The position numbers were made by a program, and so were the translations under genes. A DNA stretch of 64,000 nt from Clostridiales bacterium. GTDB lineage: Bacteria; Bacillota; Clostridia; Saccharofermentanales; Saccharofermentanaceae. Within the stretch, counting starts at the first letter, position 1, and each line of letters opens with the position of its first letter. The notes beneath the pieces are model-generated. The model was not told the DNA's origin, ran no database searches, and saw nothing but the letters and a program-made list of their open reading frames with translations. Of the stretch, positions 54,482-63,292 are shown one piece after another. The stretch spans positions 325-64,324 of the forward strand of contig JAFZWA010000064.1 of NCBI GenBank assembly GCA_017617525.1. Direction: 5' to 3'.

Positions 54482-55048
54482 GTGATGAAGAGAATGGATG
54501 ATACAGCCATAGTCAATCTGTATTTTGACAGAAATGAAGATGCGATCAGTGAGACCATTAAATGCTATAATGGCCGGCTTTTGAGATTCGCGTCCCGCTT
54601 TCTTTCCGACAACAGAGACGCAGAAGAATGTGTAAACGATGCGTATGCGCGCGCCTGGCAGACGATCCCGCCGACGCGTCCCGCGAATCTGTTCGCGTAT
54701 CTTGCCGCGCTTTGCCGGAATTCCGCTCTTGATGTGATCAAGAAAAATACTGCGCAGAAACGATCAGTCCAGCTTGTGGAACTGACTGCTGAAATGAACG
54801 AGTGTATTCCGGATCAAAGCAGCATTTCAGATGACAGAAGTGATGAACTCGGAGAGTACATCAACGAATTTCTCAGTACGCTTCCCCGTGAAAAGCGCCT
54901 GGTGTTTGTCGGCCGTTACTGGTACAGCGATTCGATCTCCGACATCGCCAAAAAGACAGGTTTTTCGCAAAGTAAGGTCAAGACCATGCTTCATCGCATG
55001 AGAGAAGACCTCAGAGAATTCATTGACAGAAAGGACGGGTCTTTATGA
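54482..55048 (+). CDS. Sigma-70 family (ECF-type) RNA polymerase sigma factor
   Basis: Region 2 (DAEECVNDAYARAW) and region 4 HTH (ISDIAKKTGFSQSKVKTMLHRMR). The GTG 54482 and ATG 54485 starts are adjacent. Confidence 0.85.
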   Translation: MMKRMDDTAIVNLYFDRNEDAISETIKCYNGRLLRFASRFLSDNRDAEECVNDAYARAWQTIPPTRPANLFAYLAALCRNSALDVIKKNTAQKRSVQLVELTAEMNECIPDQSSISDDRSDELGEYINEFLSTLPREKRLVFVGRYWYSDSISDIAKKTGFSQSKVKTMLHRMREDLREFIDRKDGSL

Positions 55049-56058
55049 ACGAGCAGGAATATATGAACATCACAAGTAAGATCGACGAGAAATATGTTGT
55101 CGAGTATAAAGTAATCGAAGCAAAGAGAAATATCACACTTAGGAAACGAATCAGAACGGCGATCGTCGTCGCTGCTGCTCTGGCAGTGATGGTCCCTGTC
55201 AGTGTAATAGCGTACTCCAAACTCACACATCGCGATAAAGTAAGCGTCTACTATTCCGAAGAAGGCGTTCGGAATATCGAAGAAAACATGCTGGCGAACG
55301 GTTTTACCGTGGAGAACGGTAAGATCCGCTTAACAGTCGACACCATGATGTGCGACGGTAATTACGTCGAGGGCGTCTATACACTAACCGCGTTAACTGA
55401 AGACGCGAAAGAACACCTCGATAATGCCTATACATACCGTTGCTACGCTGATAACGGCGAAGAGATATGGTGCAGCTTCGTGGATGAGCATATGAGTTCG
55501 GATGCAAGGAATGAAAACGAGATTTCTTTTTGGTTCAAGTATCCGTTACGAGCATCTATTATCGATGACTCCAGAACGAATAGAATCGTGTTCTACGAAG
55601 AAATCGAATACACCGGAATCGTTAACGATTTCAACGATTTTAGGGACTACACATATTACGAGGGTATCTATTTTGATCTGATTTCTGAACCGAATGTTCC
55701 GACCAAAACACTTCGTTCAGAAGATGGTACTGAGCTGACGCTTTCTCCTTTCAGTTTGAACAATCTGGATAAATACTGGGATTTTTATCAGAACGAGAGA
55801 TTTGCCGAAGACGAGATCAAAAGCTTCGTTTTCATTACGACTGACGGCGAACGCTACGATTTCTTCCGTGATCTGGGTATTTCCGGTTTGGTCTCAAGAA
55901 CTGATGGAGTATCTCTCGAGGAAGCAAAAGGTCTGTCACTTGAATTAATCGGCAATATTTCAAGCGGGAACTTCTATTTCAAATTCGGAACAGCTTTTGA
56001 TGTGGAAAACATAAGCGGTGTTGAGATCAACGGTGTCGCATATATGGAGGAAAAATAA
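55045..56058 (+). CDS. Putative anti-sigma factor (DUF4179-like single-pass membrane protein)
   Basis: The ATGA overlaps the sigma gene stop. Short cytoplasmic N-terminus, TM helix TAIVVAAALAVMVPVSVIAY, and an extracytoplasmic domain. Confidence 0.6.
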   Translation: MNEQEYMNITSKIDEKYVVEYKVIEAKRNITLRKRIRTAIVVAAALAVMVPVSVIAYSKLTHRDKVSVYYSEEGVRNIEENMLANGFTVENGKIRLTVDTMMCDGNYVEGVYTLTALTEDAKEHLDNAYTYRCYADNGEEIWCSFVDEHMSSDARNENEISFWFKYPLRASIIDDSRTNRIVFYEEIEYTGIVNDFNDFRDYTYYEGIYFDLISEPNVPTKTLRSEDGTELTLSPFSLNNLDKYWDFYQNERFAEDEIKSFVFITTDGERYDFFRDLGISGLVSRTDGVSLEEAKGLSLELIGNISSGNFYFKFGTAFDVENISGVEINGVAYMEEK

Positions 56059-58404
56059 ATGAAGAATAACATAATGAAAAAACTGGGTGCAGTGCTCGTA
56101 TCAGGACTTTTGATCCTGTCGGAAGCTGTAGTTTTTACGGGATGTAAGAAAAAGCCGGAAGCAGGAGTTGAGAAGATCTCCAAAGATTCGCCCTGGTATG
56201 ATGCGACGATTTCTGAAATCGAGAACAGCACCACAAATGAGGAAATCGAGTACATTGAAACTGACATTATCGGTGCTTACCATGACGGTATTCTTGTACG
56301 CACATATGGAGCGTACAAATTGCCGGATGATTTTGATATAAACACAAGCCGTGTAGGCTACGAATTTAATAATCTTGATTACTATGACGCATCCGGGAAA
56401 CTGGTCAATTCTATTGATCTCAATAGTTTTGTGACAGACGTCAATCAAGATATTGGAAGAATCCTTTTAGATGGAGATAGTGTCTATTTATACAGAGAGG
56501 ATTGCGATTTAAGAGATGGTAATCTTTCTTACTATTTGGCAAGCCTCGATATAGAAAAGGGCATTGTCGGAGAATTTGAAAAACTGCCCTATACCGACAA
56601 AGAAATTGCAAAGTCTTCGTTTTGTATTCCTGAAGAAACACTGATGGTTGGCGATTATCTTGTAGCGGTATTTCAGGATGAAAATACAGCCAGATTTGTG
56701 ATCTGTAATAATGGTCAACGAAAGATTGCAGCTCTTCCTGATACAGATCTCGGAATAATCACCGGATGTCTAAATGTTTCGGAAAAGGAAATTGTATTTA
56801 TTTGTTCGTATGGAAGCGCAAAATTTCTTTTCCTGAATCTGGAGACCGGAAGTTTGCAAGACAAAGGTGAAGAGTACTCCTGGCTGAATACGCTTTCCTT
56901 TAACAATCGTATATCATCCTACAATGGGGAATCCTATTTTACGGATCAAGACGGATTAAAGCGTATCAATCTTGAAACTAAGAAATTTGAAGAGGTCGTC
57001 TCGTTTGATAACTGTAACCTAAACAGAGATGATATGGACCGATTATCTCTTTGCTCTGTAAATGGCGATAAGTATGTCTTTGCAGGTGAGATCTCTCATG
57101 ATAATTCACTGGACTATTTTAACGTTCATAAATCCAATGCTGTTCCTACGATCGTTACGCTTGAAAAGGCCGAAACAAATCCGAATGTTGGAAAGGTGAT
57201 CCTTACTGCTGCAGCTGTCGGTAATGCCGATGTATCATATTCAATCTGCGAAGCGATCAGAATCTTTAACGATACAAATGAAGATTACTTTGTGCGTTTG
57301 ACATATAACTATGACATCAGAAAAACGCTCGATTACACTGATGCAGAAACCGAAGACGACTCGAAAAATATTTATCTTAAAACAGCTGCAGATCTTAATG
57401 ACCTTCTAGCGATAAATATGCTCGCGGGCGATGGTCCCGACATCATCCTGAATGCCGGAGATATCCGTCAGATCCACACGGATGCACACCTTCTCAGTTT
57501 GAACAGTTATGTCGAGGGAAAAAAGGGAATCAATACCGATGACTATTTTTCTAATGTAATCGATGCGGCAAAGATCGATGACAAACTTCTCTTTATGCCG
57601 GTAAGTTTCAGTGTATCCGGTCTTTTAGTAAATAAAGATGATGTGAGTGATGACCAGGTTGGTTTTACTTACGATGAGTATGTTGATTTCGTAAATGAGA
57701 AATGTGGTGGTAACGATCCAATGGTAGATACCAGACTTGGCGTTCTTTGTACGCTGTTTTCCAACATGAGTGATACGTGCATCTATGATAACACGGTAAA
57801 CTTTGACAACGAGCCATTCAGAAAGCTTTGCGAATATGTCAAAACCAATGTTCCCGAAAAGTATGGATACAATTATGATAACGACGGGAATGAGACTTAT
57901 GGCTCTATGGGCGGCTTCTTGGGACGTAATACCTATATGTCTTCGAAAAAGACGCTTGTGGGATATCCGTCACAGGATAGATCCGGTCCGTTCGTTCATG
58001 TCGATACTTCCATCGGAATCTCAGCATTTTCGCCATCTACAGTAGCGGATGGAGCCTGGGAATTTATCAAGACATGTCTGAGCGATGATGTTCAGGAAAT
58101 AATCGCCGGGGATTATACTAATCCGATCAGTAAGAGCGTATTTGATTCAACGGCAAAAACAACGATTGAGAATTATAATATTTCTCCCGAGTCCTTCGGA
58201 ATTGCGGTAGACGAAAGCGTCATCGATTCGTACAAAGAAGTTCTTCAATCGGCATCGGTACTGGAAACTCAAGATCCCGCGATCTTAAGTGTAATCCGAG
58301 AAGAAATGCCTGCGTACTTCCTGGATCAGAAGAGCCTTGACGCGGTCCTGAGTATTATTAATAACAGAGTGACGACGATCATAAATGAAAGAGGTCATTC
58401 TTAA
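56059..58404 (+). CDS. Large lipoprotein whose C-terminal half resembles extracellular solute-binding proteins
   Basis: The start codon directly abuts the upstream stop. Lipobox VVFTGC. The C-terminal region ...VILTAAAVGNADVSYSICEAIRIFND...MLAGDGPDIILN... is SBP-like. Confidence 0.55.
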   Translation: MKNNIMKKLGAVLVSGLLILSEAVVFTGCKKKPEAGVEKISKDSPWYDATISEIENSTTNEEIEYIETDIIGAYHDGILVRTYGAYKLPDDFDINTSRVGYEFNNLDYYDASGKLVNSIDLNSFVTDVNQDIGRILLDGDSVYLYREDCDLRDGNLSYYLASLDIEKGIVGEFEKLPYTDKEIAKSSFCIPEETLMVGDYLVAVFQDENTARFVICNNGQRKIAALPDTDLGIITGCLNVSEKEIVFICSYGSAKFLFLNLETGSLQDKGEEYSWLNTLSFNNRISSYNGESYFTDQDGLKRINLETKKFEEVVSFDNCNLNRDDMDRLSLCSVNGDKYVFAGEISHDNSLDYFNVHKSNAVPTIVTLEKAETNPNVGKVILTAAAVGNADVSYSICEAIRIFNDTNEDYFVRLTYNYDIRKTLDYTDAETEDDSKNIYLKTAADLNDLLAINMLAGDGPDIILNAGDIRQIHTDAHLLSLNSYVEGKKGINTDDYFSNVIDAAKIDDKLLFMPVSFSVSGLLVNKDDVSDDQVGFTYDEYVDFVNEKCGGNDPMVDTRLGVLCTLFSNMSDTCIYDNTVNFDNEPFRKLCEYVKTNVPEKYGYNYDNDGNETYGSMGGFLGRNTYMSSKKTLVGYPSQDRSGPFVHVDTSIGISAFSPSTVADGAWEFIKTCLSDDVQEIIAGDYTNPISKSVFDSTAKTTIENYNISPESFGIAVDESVIDSYKEVLQSASVLETQDPAILSVIREEMPAYFLDQKSLDAVLSIINNRVTTIINERGHS

Positions 58405-58453
58405 AGATGAGCCAACTACTTCACACAACATAACCGGTGTGGTCACGCACCCA

Positions 58454-58493
58454 AAAGGACCTGAAAGCAGAAATGTTTTCAGGTCCTTTATTC
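58454..58493 (+). terminator. Rho-independent terminator after the ECF-operon lipoprotein gene
   Basis: AAAGGACCTGAAA / TTTCAGGTCCTTT stem, followed by a T-rich tail. Confidence 0.85.
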
Positions 58494-58505
58494 TCATGCT
58501 ATGCA

Positions 58506-58516
58506 GGTGCTTTTCA
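58506..58516 (+). repeat. Dispersed word, intergenic copy
   Basis: GGTGCTTTTCA lies between the terminator (58454-58493) and the extended -10 TGATATAAT (58555-58563). Confidence 0.9.
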
Positions 58517-58580
58517 CGTGTAAAAACGGTACGTATTCTTTTTTTTCTGGCGAATGATATAATAACAAAAGAGGGTTGGA

Positions 58581-59528
58581 ATGATGGAAGAAAACAAAGT
58601 CTGTACAACATGTGCGGGAAAACTCGAATTTAATACACTCATCGGATTCTATGAATGCAAGTCCTGTGGAAAGATCTACTCTGTGAACGATGATCTTAAG
58701 CCGGTGTCTCTTGCGTCTGTGAGTCGGCTTATGCTTGAACACAATTATGATGAGGCGCATAGCAAGCTCCAGACTCTGATCGCTTCGGATCCGGATAATG
58801 TCATGCTCCATTTGCATAGCCTTCTTTGTAAAAGACGTGCCGTCAGCACAAATCAACTTCTGGTTGCTGCTTCTAACAGCGATGAACAGATCAGGCAGGT
58901 CAAGGACGATGCGGACTGGAAAAAGATCAGCACTGTCGGTGACGGACGAGGAAGCAAACTTACTGAACTGGTTCAGGAGTACTGTGACGATCAGCTTAAG
59001 ATGTCTGAACTTCGAAGAAAATACGGTCCCGAGATCGAATACGGGACGTTACAGGATATTCCGGCCCCAAATGAAAAGAGAATACGATCGATCCACCCGT
59101 TCTTTGTGTTTCTGATCAGTTTGGTTTTCTGGAGTATAGTCGTCATCTCGATCGGGCTTCTGGTCGCGTCCGCATGTAACTGGTTCATAGAAGACTGGAG
59201 CGAGTCAAAAGGGTATTACACGCGGCTTAAAAATGACAATGAATTCGGAATGGCTGTCGGTGCGATCATCATTGTATTGACGTTCCTTTCCGTAAAGCTT
59301 TTTCCGGTGATAAGGCGGCGCAGATTAACGAGCTTGGCCAAAAACGGAAGGATCCGTTTTATGAAGGATGGAACACCCCTTAAGGTCACGTCTAAGATCG
59401 TGGATCAGACTGTATATATTAAGCCGGATCAGGCGGCAATCAGAGAATACAGAGATCTGAGATTCCGCTGTGAAAAGATCATTGAGGAGATCCGAAGGGA
59501 AGAGTCGCACCTGATGACCGATTCCTAA
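58581..59528 (+). CDS. Hypothetical zinc-ribbon protein with two TM helices
   Basis: N-terminal CTTCAG...CKSCG, a helical (TPR-like) segment, two TM helices, and a basic C-terminus. Confidence 0.55.
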   Translation: MMEENKVCTTCAGKLEFNTLIGFYECKSCGKIYSVNDDLKPVSLASVSRLMLEHNYDEAHSKLQTLIASDPDNVMLHLHSLLCKRRAVSTNQLLVAASNSDEQIRQVKDDADWKKISTVGDGRGSKLTELVQEYCDDQLKMSELRRKYGPEIEYGTLQDIPAPNEKRIRSIHPFFVFLISLVFWSIVVISIGLLVASACNWFIEDWSESKGYYTRLKNDNEFGMAVGAIIIVLTFLSVKLFPVIRRRRLTSLAKNGRIRFMKDGTPLKVTSKIVDQTVYIKPDQAAIREYRDLRFRCEKIIEEIRREESHLMTDS

Positions 59529-59552
59529 GAGAAAAGGAATGGTTATCCCGGG

Positions 59553-60884
59553 TCAGCTTTCCGAATCAAGCTTTACCCAAATGCAGGGACGCACACCTAC
59601 CCAGTCATAGTAGTTGTATTCTCTCGATATATCTCCATTTTCCCAGACCACATAAGTGGTTTGAGCGGAGGATTCATTTGATCGGAGCCAATAGTTGCAG
59701 TAACCATCATTTTCGTATGCGTTTGTCATGTCAGAATAATCAGCGGTTCCGCAAACTCGATCAGATGGGTTTGGAATAAGCATTTCCATTTCTTCTTTGC
59801 TTAGGATGAATACTCTGAAATTATCCGGTGTATCCATTCCTGCCCAAACGGACCCCTCAGGGAGGTCTTTGCCGACCTCTTTCGGAGACACAACCACTAC
59901 GCCACGTCCGGCCAAGTGAGAATTATAAAACCCCGGGTTTATTGAGTTATTCAGGGGACTGTTGTTCCATGAAGTATCAACGTCTTTATAACCATAAGGT
60001 TCGAAGAATAAGACATATTTTGACATAAGAAGTGTGTATTCGCCTAGGGTATCCAGCACGACCCACTCGATATCGCTGCCGTTATAATATCCGAGTTGAA
60101 CAGTTTCTGCATAATCAAGAGCGGTTTCTCTCGGGTCAGGTGTCGGTTCGGGAGTGGGAGTCGCCGTCATTAGTCTTTCGATATTTTCTTTATGTGATTC
60201 AAAATAATCTGTTGTCATTACGATCACAGGACGTACGCCGTAATTTGCCTCGGTCGGTATTCCTTCTGAAACGGTAATCTGTCCTTTTTCATCCACAAAT
60301 GAGGAAGCTCCGTTGTTTCCCAAAGAACTGAGCCACCAGATGCATTTTTCGGAGTTGACGGAAGATTTGATCTTACCTTTAGCCTCCGCCGTTGCTTTTC
60401 CTGCACGTGCGGTATCATTCCGAAAGTAGTCTTTTGCCTCATAAGTCGTAAGAAGGAAAACTTTGTCCAGCACGTCATCTTCAGGGTATACGATCGTGTC
60501 TGTTCCTGCGATTGTCTGGGTCAAATTCGGCCTTCTGTCGTAGGGAGAGGTAGCGATGATTCTCGTTTTTTCTTCATCGTCGAATGCTTGATTATAGAAA
60601 TCTTCGTTCAGCCACTGACGAAGGTCGCTGTTCTCCCACTTGAGTTCCTCATGGGAGGTGTCGTATGGTCTTGCGTCAAGAATATATTTTGAGATGAGAA
60701 GATAGGTATCCCCATTACTTCCGAGGATGATCCAATCGATCGGCTTTCCGTCATAATGACCGAACGTAACGAAATCGCATGCGTCATCCTTTCTGCATGA
60801 ACACAGCAGCACTCCCTGAAATGCGATAAAAACGGAAAGAAGAAAAGACAGCGTTCTCTTTCTCAAAGTATACCCTCCAATCAC
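59553..60884 (-). CDS. Lipoprotein with two DUF6273-like domains
   Basis: Signal peptide with Cys. Two copies of the pattern ...DWIILG/EWVVLD...LLxSKYxL...WWLSS/YWLRS...GVRPxIxV, joined by a TPTPEPTPDP linker. Confidence 0.6.
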   Translation of the reverse strand: MIGGYTLRKRTLSFLLSVFIAFQGVLLCSCRKDDACDFVTFGHYDGKPIDWIILGSNGDTYLLISKYILDARPYDTSHEELKWENSDLRQWLNEDFYNQAFDDEEKTRIIATSPYDRRPNLTQTIAGTDTIVYPEDDVLDKVFLLTTYEAKDYFRNDTARAGKATAEAKGKIKSSVNSEKCIWWLSSLGNNGASSFVDEKGQITVSEGIPTEANYGVRPVIVMTTDYFESHKENIERLMTATPTPEPTPDPRETALDYAETVQLGYYNGSDIEWVVLDTLGEYTLLMSKYVLFFEPYGYKDVDTSWNNSPLNNSINPGFYNSHLAGRGVVVVSPKEVGKDLPEGSVWAGMDTPDNFRVFILSKEEMEMLIPNPSDRVCGTADYSDMTNAYENDGYCNYWLRSNESSAQTTYVVWENGDISREYNYYDWVGVRPCIWVKLDSES

Positions 60885-60927
60885 ATGTAAACCAGACCCA
60901 AAGCTATTTTATCATGTTTTCTTTTGC

Positions 60928-62052
60928 TTAGGCATAATTCGATTCGACGTATTCATAGATCATACGGGAAACATCACCGATGATCTGGTGGGCTTTTTCC
61001 TCGTCTTTACACTCAGTCATCACGCAGAGTACGTAGTCCTCGTCGGAAAAAACGATGCCGATATCGTTGTATGTGTAGTAGTCAGGGTAGAAGCCGACCT
61101 TGTGCGCGACTTTGACATCAGTGGGAACCCCGGCAGGAACGCCCCAGTTATACTCAGTAGTACAAAGATCATCGATCAGAGGCTGGAAGGTTGTTTTGTT
61201 TTCTTCGTAATCCTGATACAGGTGTTCGGCATACTTAGCCAGATCGATGGCGCTGGTCCTGCGTTTACCGCTCTTTTCCGCACCGGTACAATCCGTATAA
61301 CTGGATGTTCCACGGTAATCGACTGTACAGCTGATGGGCTTGAGAAAATTATCGTTTACAGCATCCTCGCCACCGAGACGACGAAGGATCATGTTGGTGG
61401 CGCAATTGTCACTGATCGTGATACAAAGATTTGAAACTTCCCGGATCGTGTATTCGGTGCCGTTCGCCGAGTTCTGTATCGAACCGGTTCCGCCTTCATA
61501 GTCGCCGTTCGGATATGCGGCCGCGTTATAAGTCATCTTCTCGTCGAGAGAAATCTCACCTTTTGCGATCTTTTCGTAGAGGTACGTATTGTAGGCGATC
61601 TTAATGGTAGATGCCGCTACGATCGGCTGGGTCTCCTTGTAAGCAAGACTTTCACCGTTAGTCATGTTGAGGTAATATACTCCGAAGCGTCCATCCTTCT
61701 TATCGAGATAATCAGCGACCTGCTGCTGAAGTGTATTCAGATTCGCCGCGCGTGTTGCCGCATCTACGGTCTGTATACCGCTTGTGTCAGATTCAGAAGA
61801 AGAGGATCCTTCAACTTCAGGTGCGGTGGATGTGCTTTCAGTACTATATGCCATCGCGGTGTTTTCGTTCGCGGTCGTAGCGACTTTGTTTTTACTGCCT
61901 TGTGAGATGAGTTTGACAACAAAGACGATGCATAAGATCACGCAAAGAAGACATATGGAAAGACAAGAGAGGACGAAGATCTTCCTTCTGTTGTTTCTTC
62001 TTTTTCTGGTTACCGGATAACTGTTATAGCCGGAACGGGCATTATGTTTCAC
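60928..62052 (-). CDS. Membrane-anchored class A beta-lactamase-fold serine hydrolase
   Basis: N-terminal TM helix. STIK (SxxK), SDN (ISDNCATN) and HKVG (KTG-like) motifs. Confidence 0.7.
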   Translation of the reverse strand: MKHNARSGYNSYPVTRKRRNNRRKIFVLSCLSICLLCVILCIVFVVKLISQGSKNKVATTANENTAMAYSTESTSTAPEVEGSSSSESDTSGIQTVDAATRAANLNTLQQQVADYLDKKDGRFGVYYLNMTNGESLAYKETQPIVAASTIKIAYNTYLYEKIAKGEISLDEKMTYNAAAYPNGDYEGGTGSIQNSANGTEYTIREVSNLCITISDNCATNMILRRLGGEDAVNDNFLKPISCTVDYRGTSSYTDCTGAEKSGKRRTSAIDLAKYAEHLYQDYEENKTTFQPLIDDLCTTEYNWGVPAGVPTDVKVAHKVGFYPDYYTYNDIGIVFSDEDYVLCVMTECKDEEKAHQIIGDVSRMIYEYVESNYA

Positions 62053-62069
62053 AATGTAGTTCTCCTCTC

Positions 62070-63119
62070 CTAATCCGTCTTTTTCTTTGCAAGAAAGACT
62101 GTGCAGCGACTTTTGCAGACTTCGATGATCTTGTGATAGATCAATGCGATCACGAACGAAAGTATGAAGATCAGCCAGTTTCTGAGTTGACCTGACACAA
62201 ATGTCAGTTTATCAGACGGATAAACATAGTCGAAGAAGAAATCCGAGACCAAGAGGATCTCCAAAGAAGCGCTTCCAAACTTGCGAAATGTCCATAAAAG
62301 CGCTCCGCATTTCGTCTTGATCTTATCGAAAAGCACTGTCAGGAGGATCGTCAGCGCCGGCGCGATCAGAATGGATGGATACCACCAAAGGCCAAAGGTC
62401 CATAGATAGGAAGGGAAGAAGTACATAAACAGATACAAGGCAACCACTCCCGTAATCAAGGACATCAGACAGATGAGGATATGTCCCGTTCCTACGGATA
62501 CATCCTTTTTGTCCATAAAAACATACATTCCGAAGATATAGATCGGCAGGCGGGAAAAAGCGATGAGTGCCGTCTTTCCGAAGAAAAGAAAGGAGATCAA
62601 AAAGGCGATACACATCAAGATCATGCACACGCGAGACTTGACGCGGGCCTTTTTGAAAAGCAGATAAAGCATCGGAGAAAGCAGGTAGAAAAGCACGATC
62701 GTAAACACATACCAGTTCCCCTGATAGCTCATTTCCAGCCAAAAACCGGTAAATGTGATATGCCCGAGGATCTCCGTTATCGTCGGGGTGACGTTGAAAA
62801 AGCATGTGACAAGGATAAGAAAAACAGGCAGATATGAAAGCCAGATCGGAAGGATCTTTTTTGCGCGATTTTTCGCGAACTGAGAAGTGCTGTTACGGGT
62901 AAGAGATCGCGCGATGCCGTATCCGCTCAAAAAGAGGAATATGTCAGCTCCGCAATAACCGATGGCTTTTATAAACAAAAAGCACACGGAAACAGGTCTC
63001 CAAGGGAAGATCGCAGGAGACAGGGATGAATGGAACCAAACGATCCAGAGTATAGCAAGACCCATCAGTTCCGGACGGAACTTGGTAATATAGTCATTGA
63101 CGGTCTTCTTTTCTGACAT
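62070..63119 (-). CDS. Acyltransferase family 3 (O-acyltransferase) membrane protein
   Basis: 349 aa, about 10 TM helices, N-terminal LAILWIVWFHS typical of acyltransferase_3. Confidence 0.75.
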   Translation of the reverse strand: MSEKKTVNDYITKFRPELMGLAILWIVWFHSSLSPAIFPWRPVSVCFLFIKAIGYCGADIFLFLSGYGIARSLTRNSTSQFAKNRAKKILPIWLSYLPVFLILVTCFFNVTPTITEILGHITFTGFWLEMSYQGNWYVFTIVLFYLLSPMLYLLFKKARVKSRVCMILMCIAFLISFLFFGKTALIAFSRLPIYIFGMYVFMDKKDVSVGTGHILICLMSLITGVVALYLFMYFFPSYLWTFGLWWYPSILIAPALTILLTVLFDKIKTKCGALLWTFRKFGSASLEILLVSDFFFDYVYPSDKLTFVSGQLRNWLIFILSFVIALIYHKIIEVCKSRCTVFLAKKKTD

Positions 63120-63292
63120 TTTCCCTTGCGCTTTCTTCTAAGAATATGTATTTATTATACACAAAACTCAGGTTGAAAAAGCTCTGTTGGTATATCCTGT
63201 TTGACCGGGTTTATTTTCTGCCCGAGCGGAGATGTTATAATGCTTCTGGGGAAGATGGCATATTTCTAAGGATTGCGTTGTTGGTGAGGTAA

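Noticed and set aside
644-62696. Interpreting the GTGCTTTTC copies as remnants of a MITE, IS or REP element with a longer consensus.
   Set aside because: Aligning 25-40 nt on each side of the intergenic copies shows no shared flanks, apart from the two long-form leader copies. No target duplications or terminal inverted repeats were seen.
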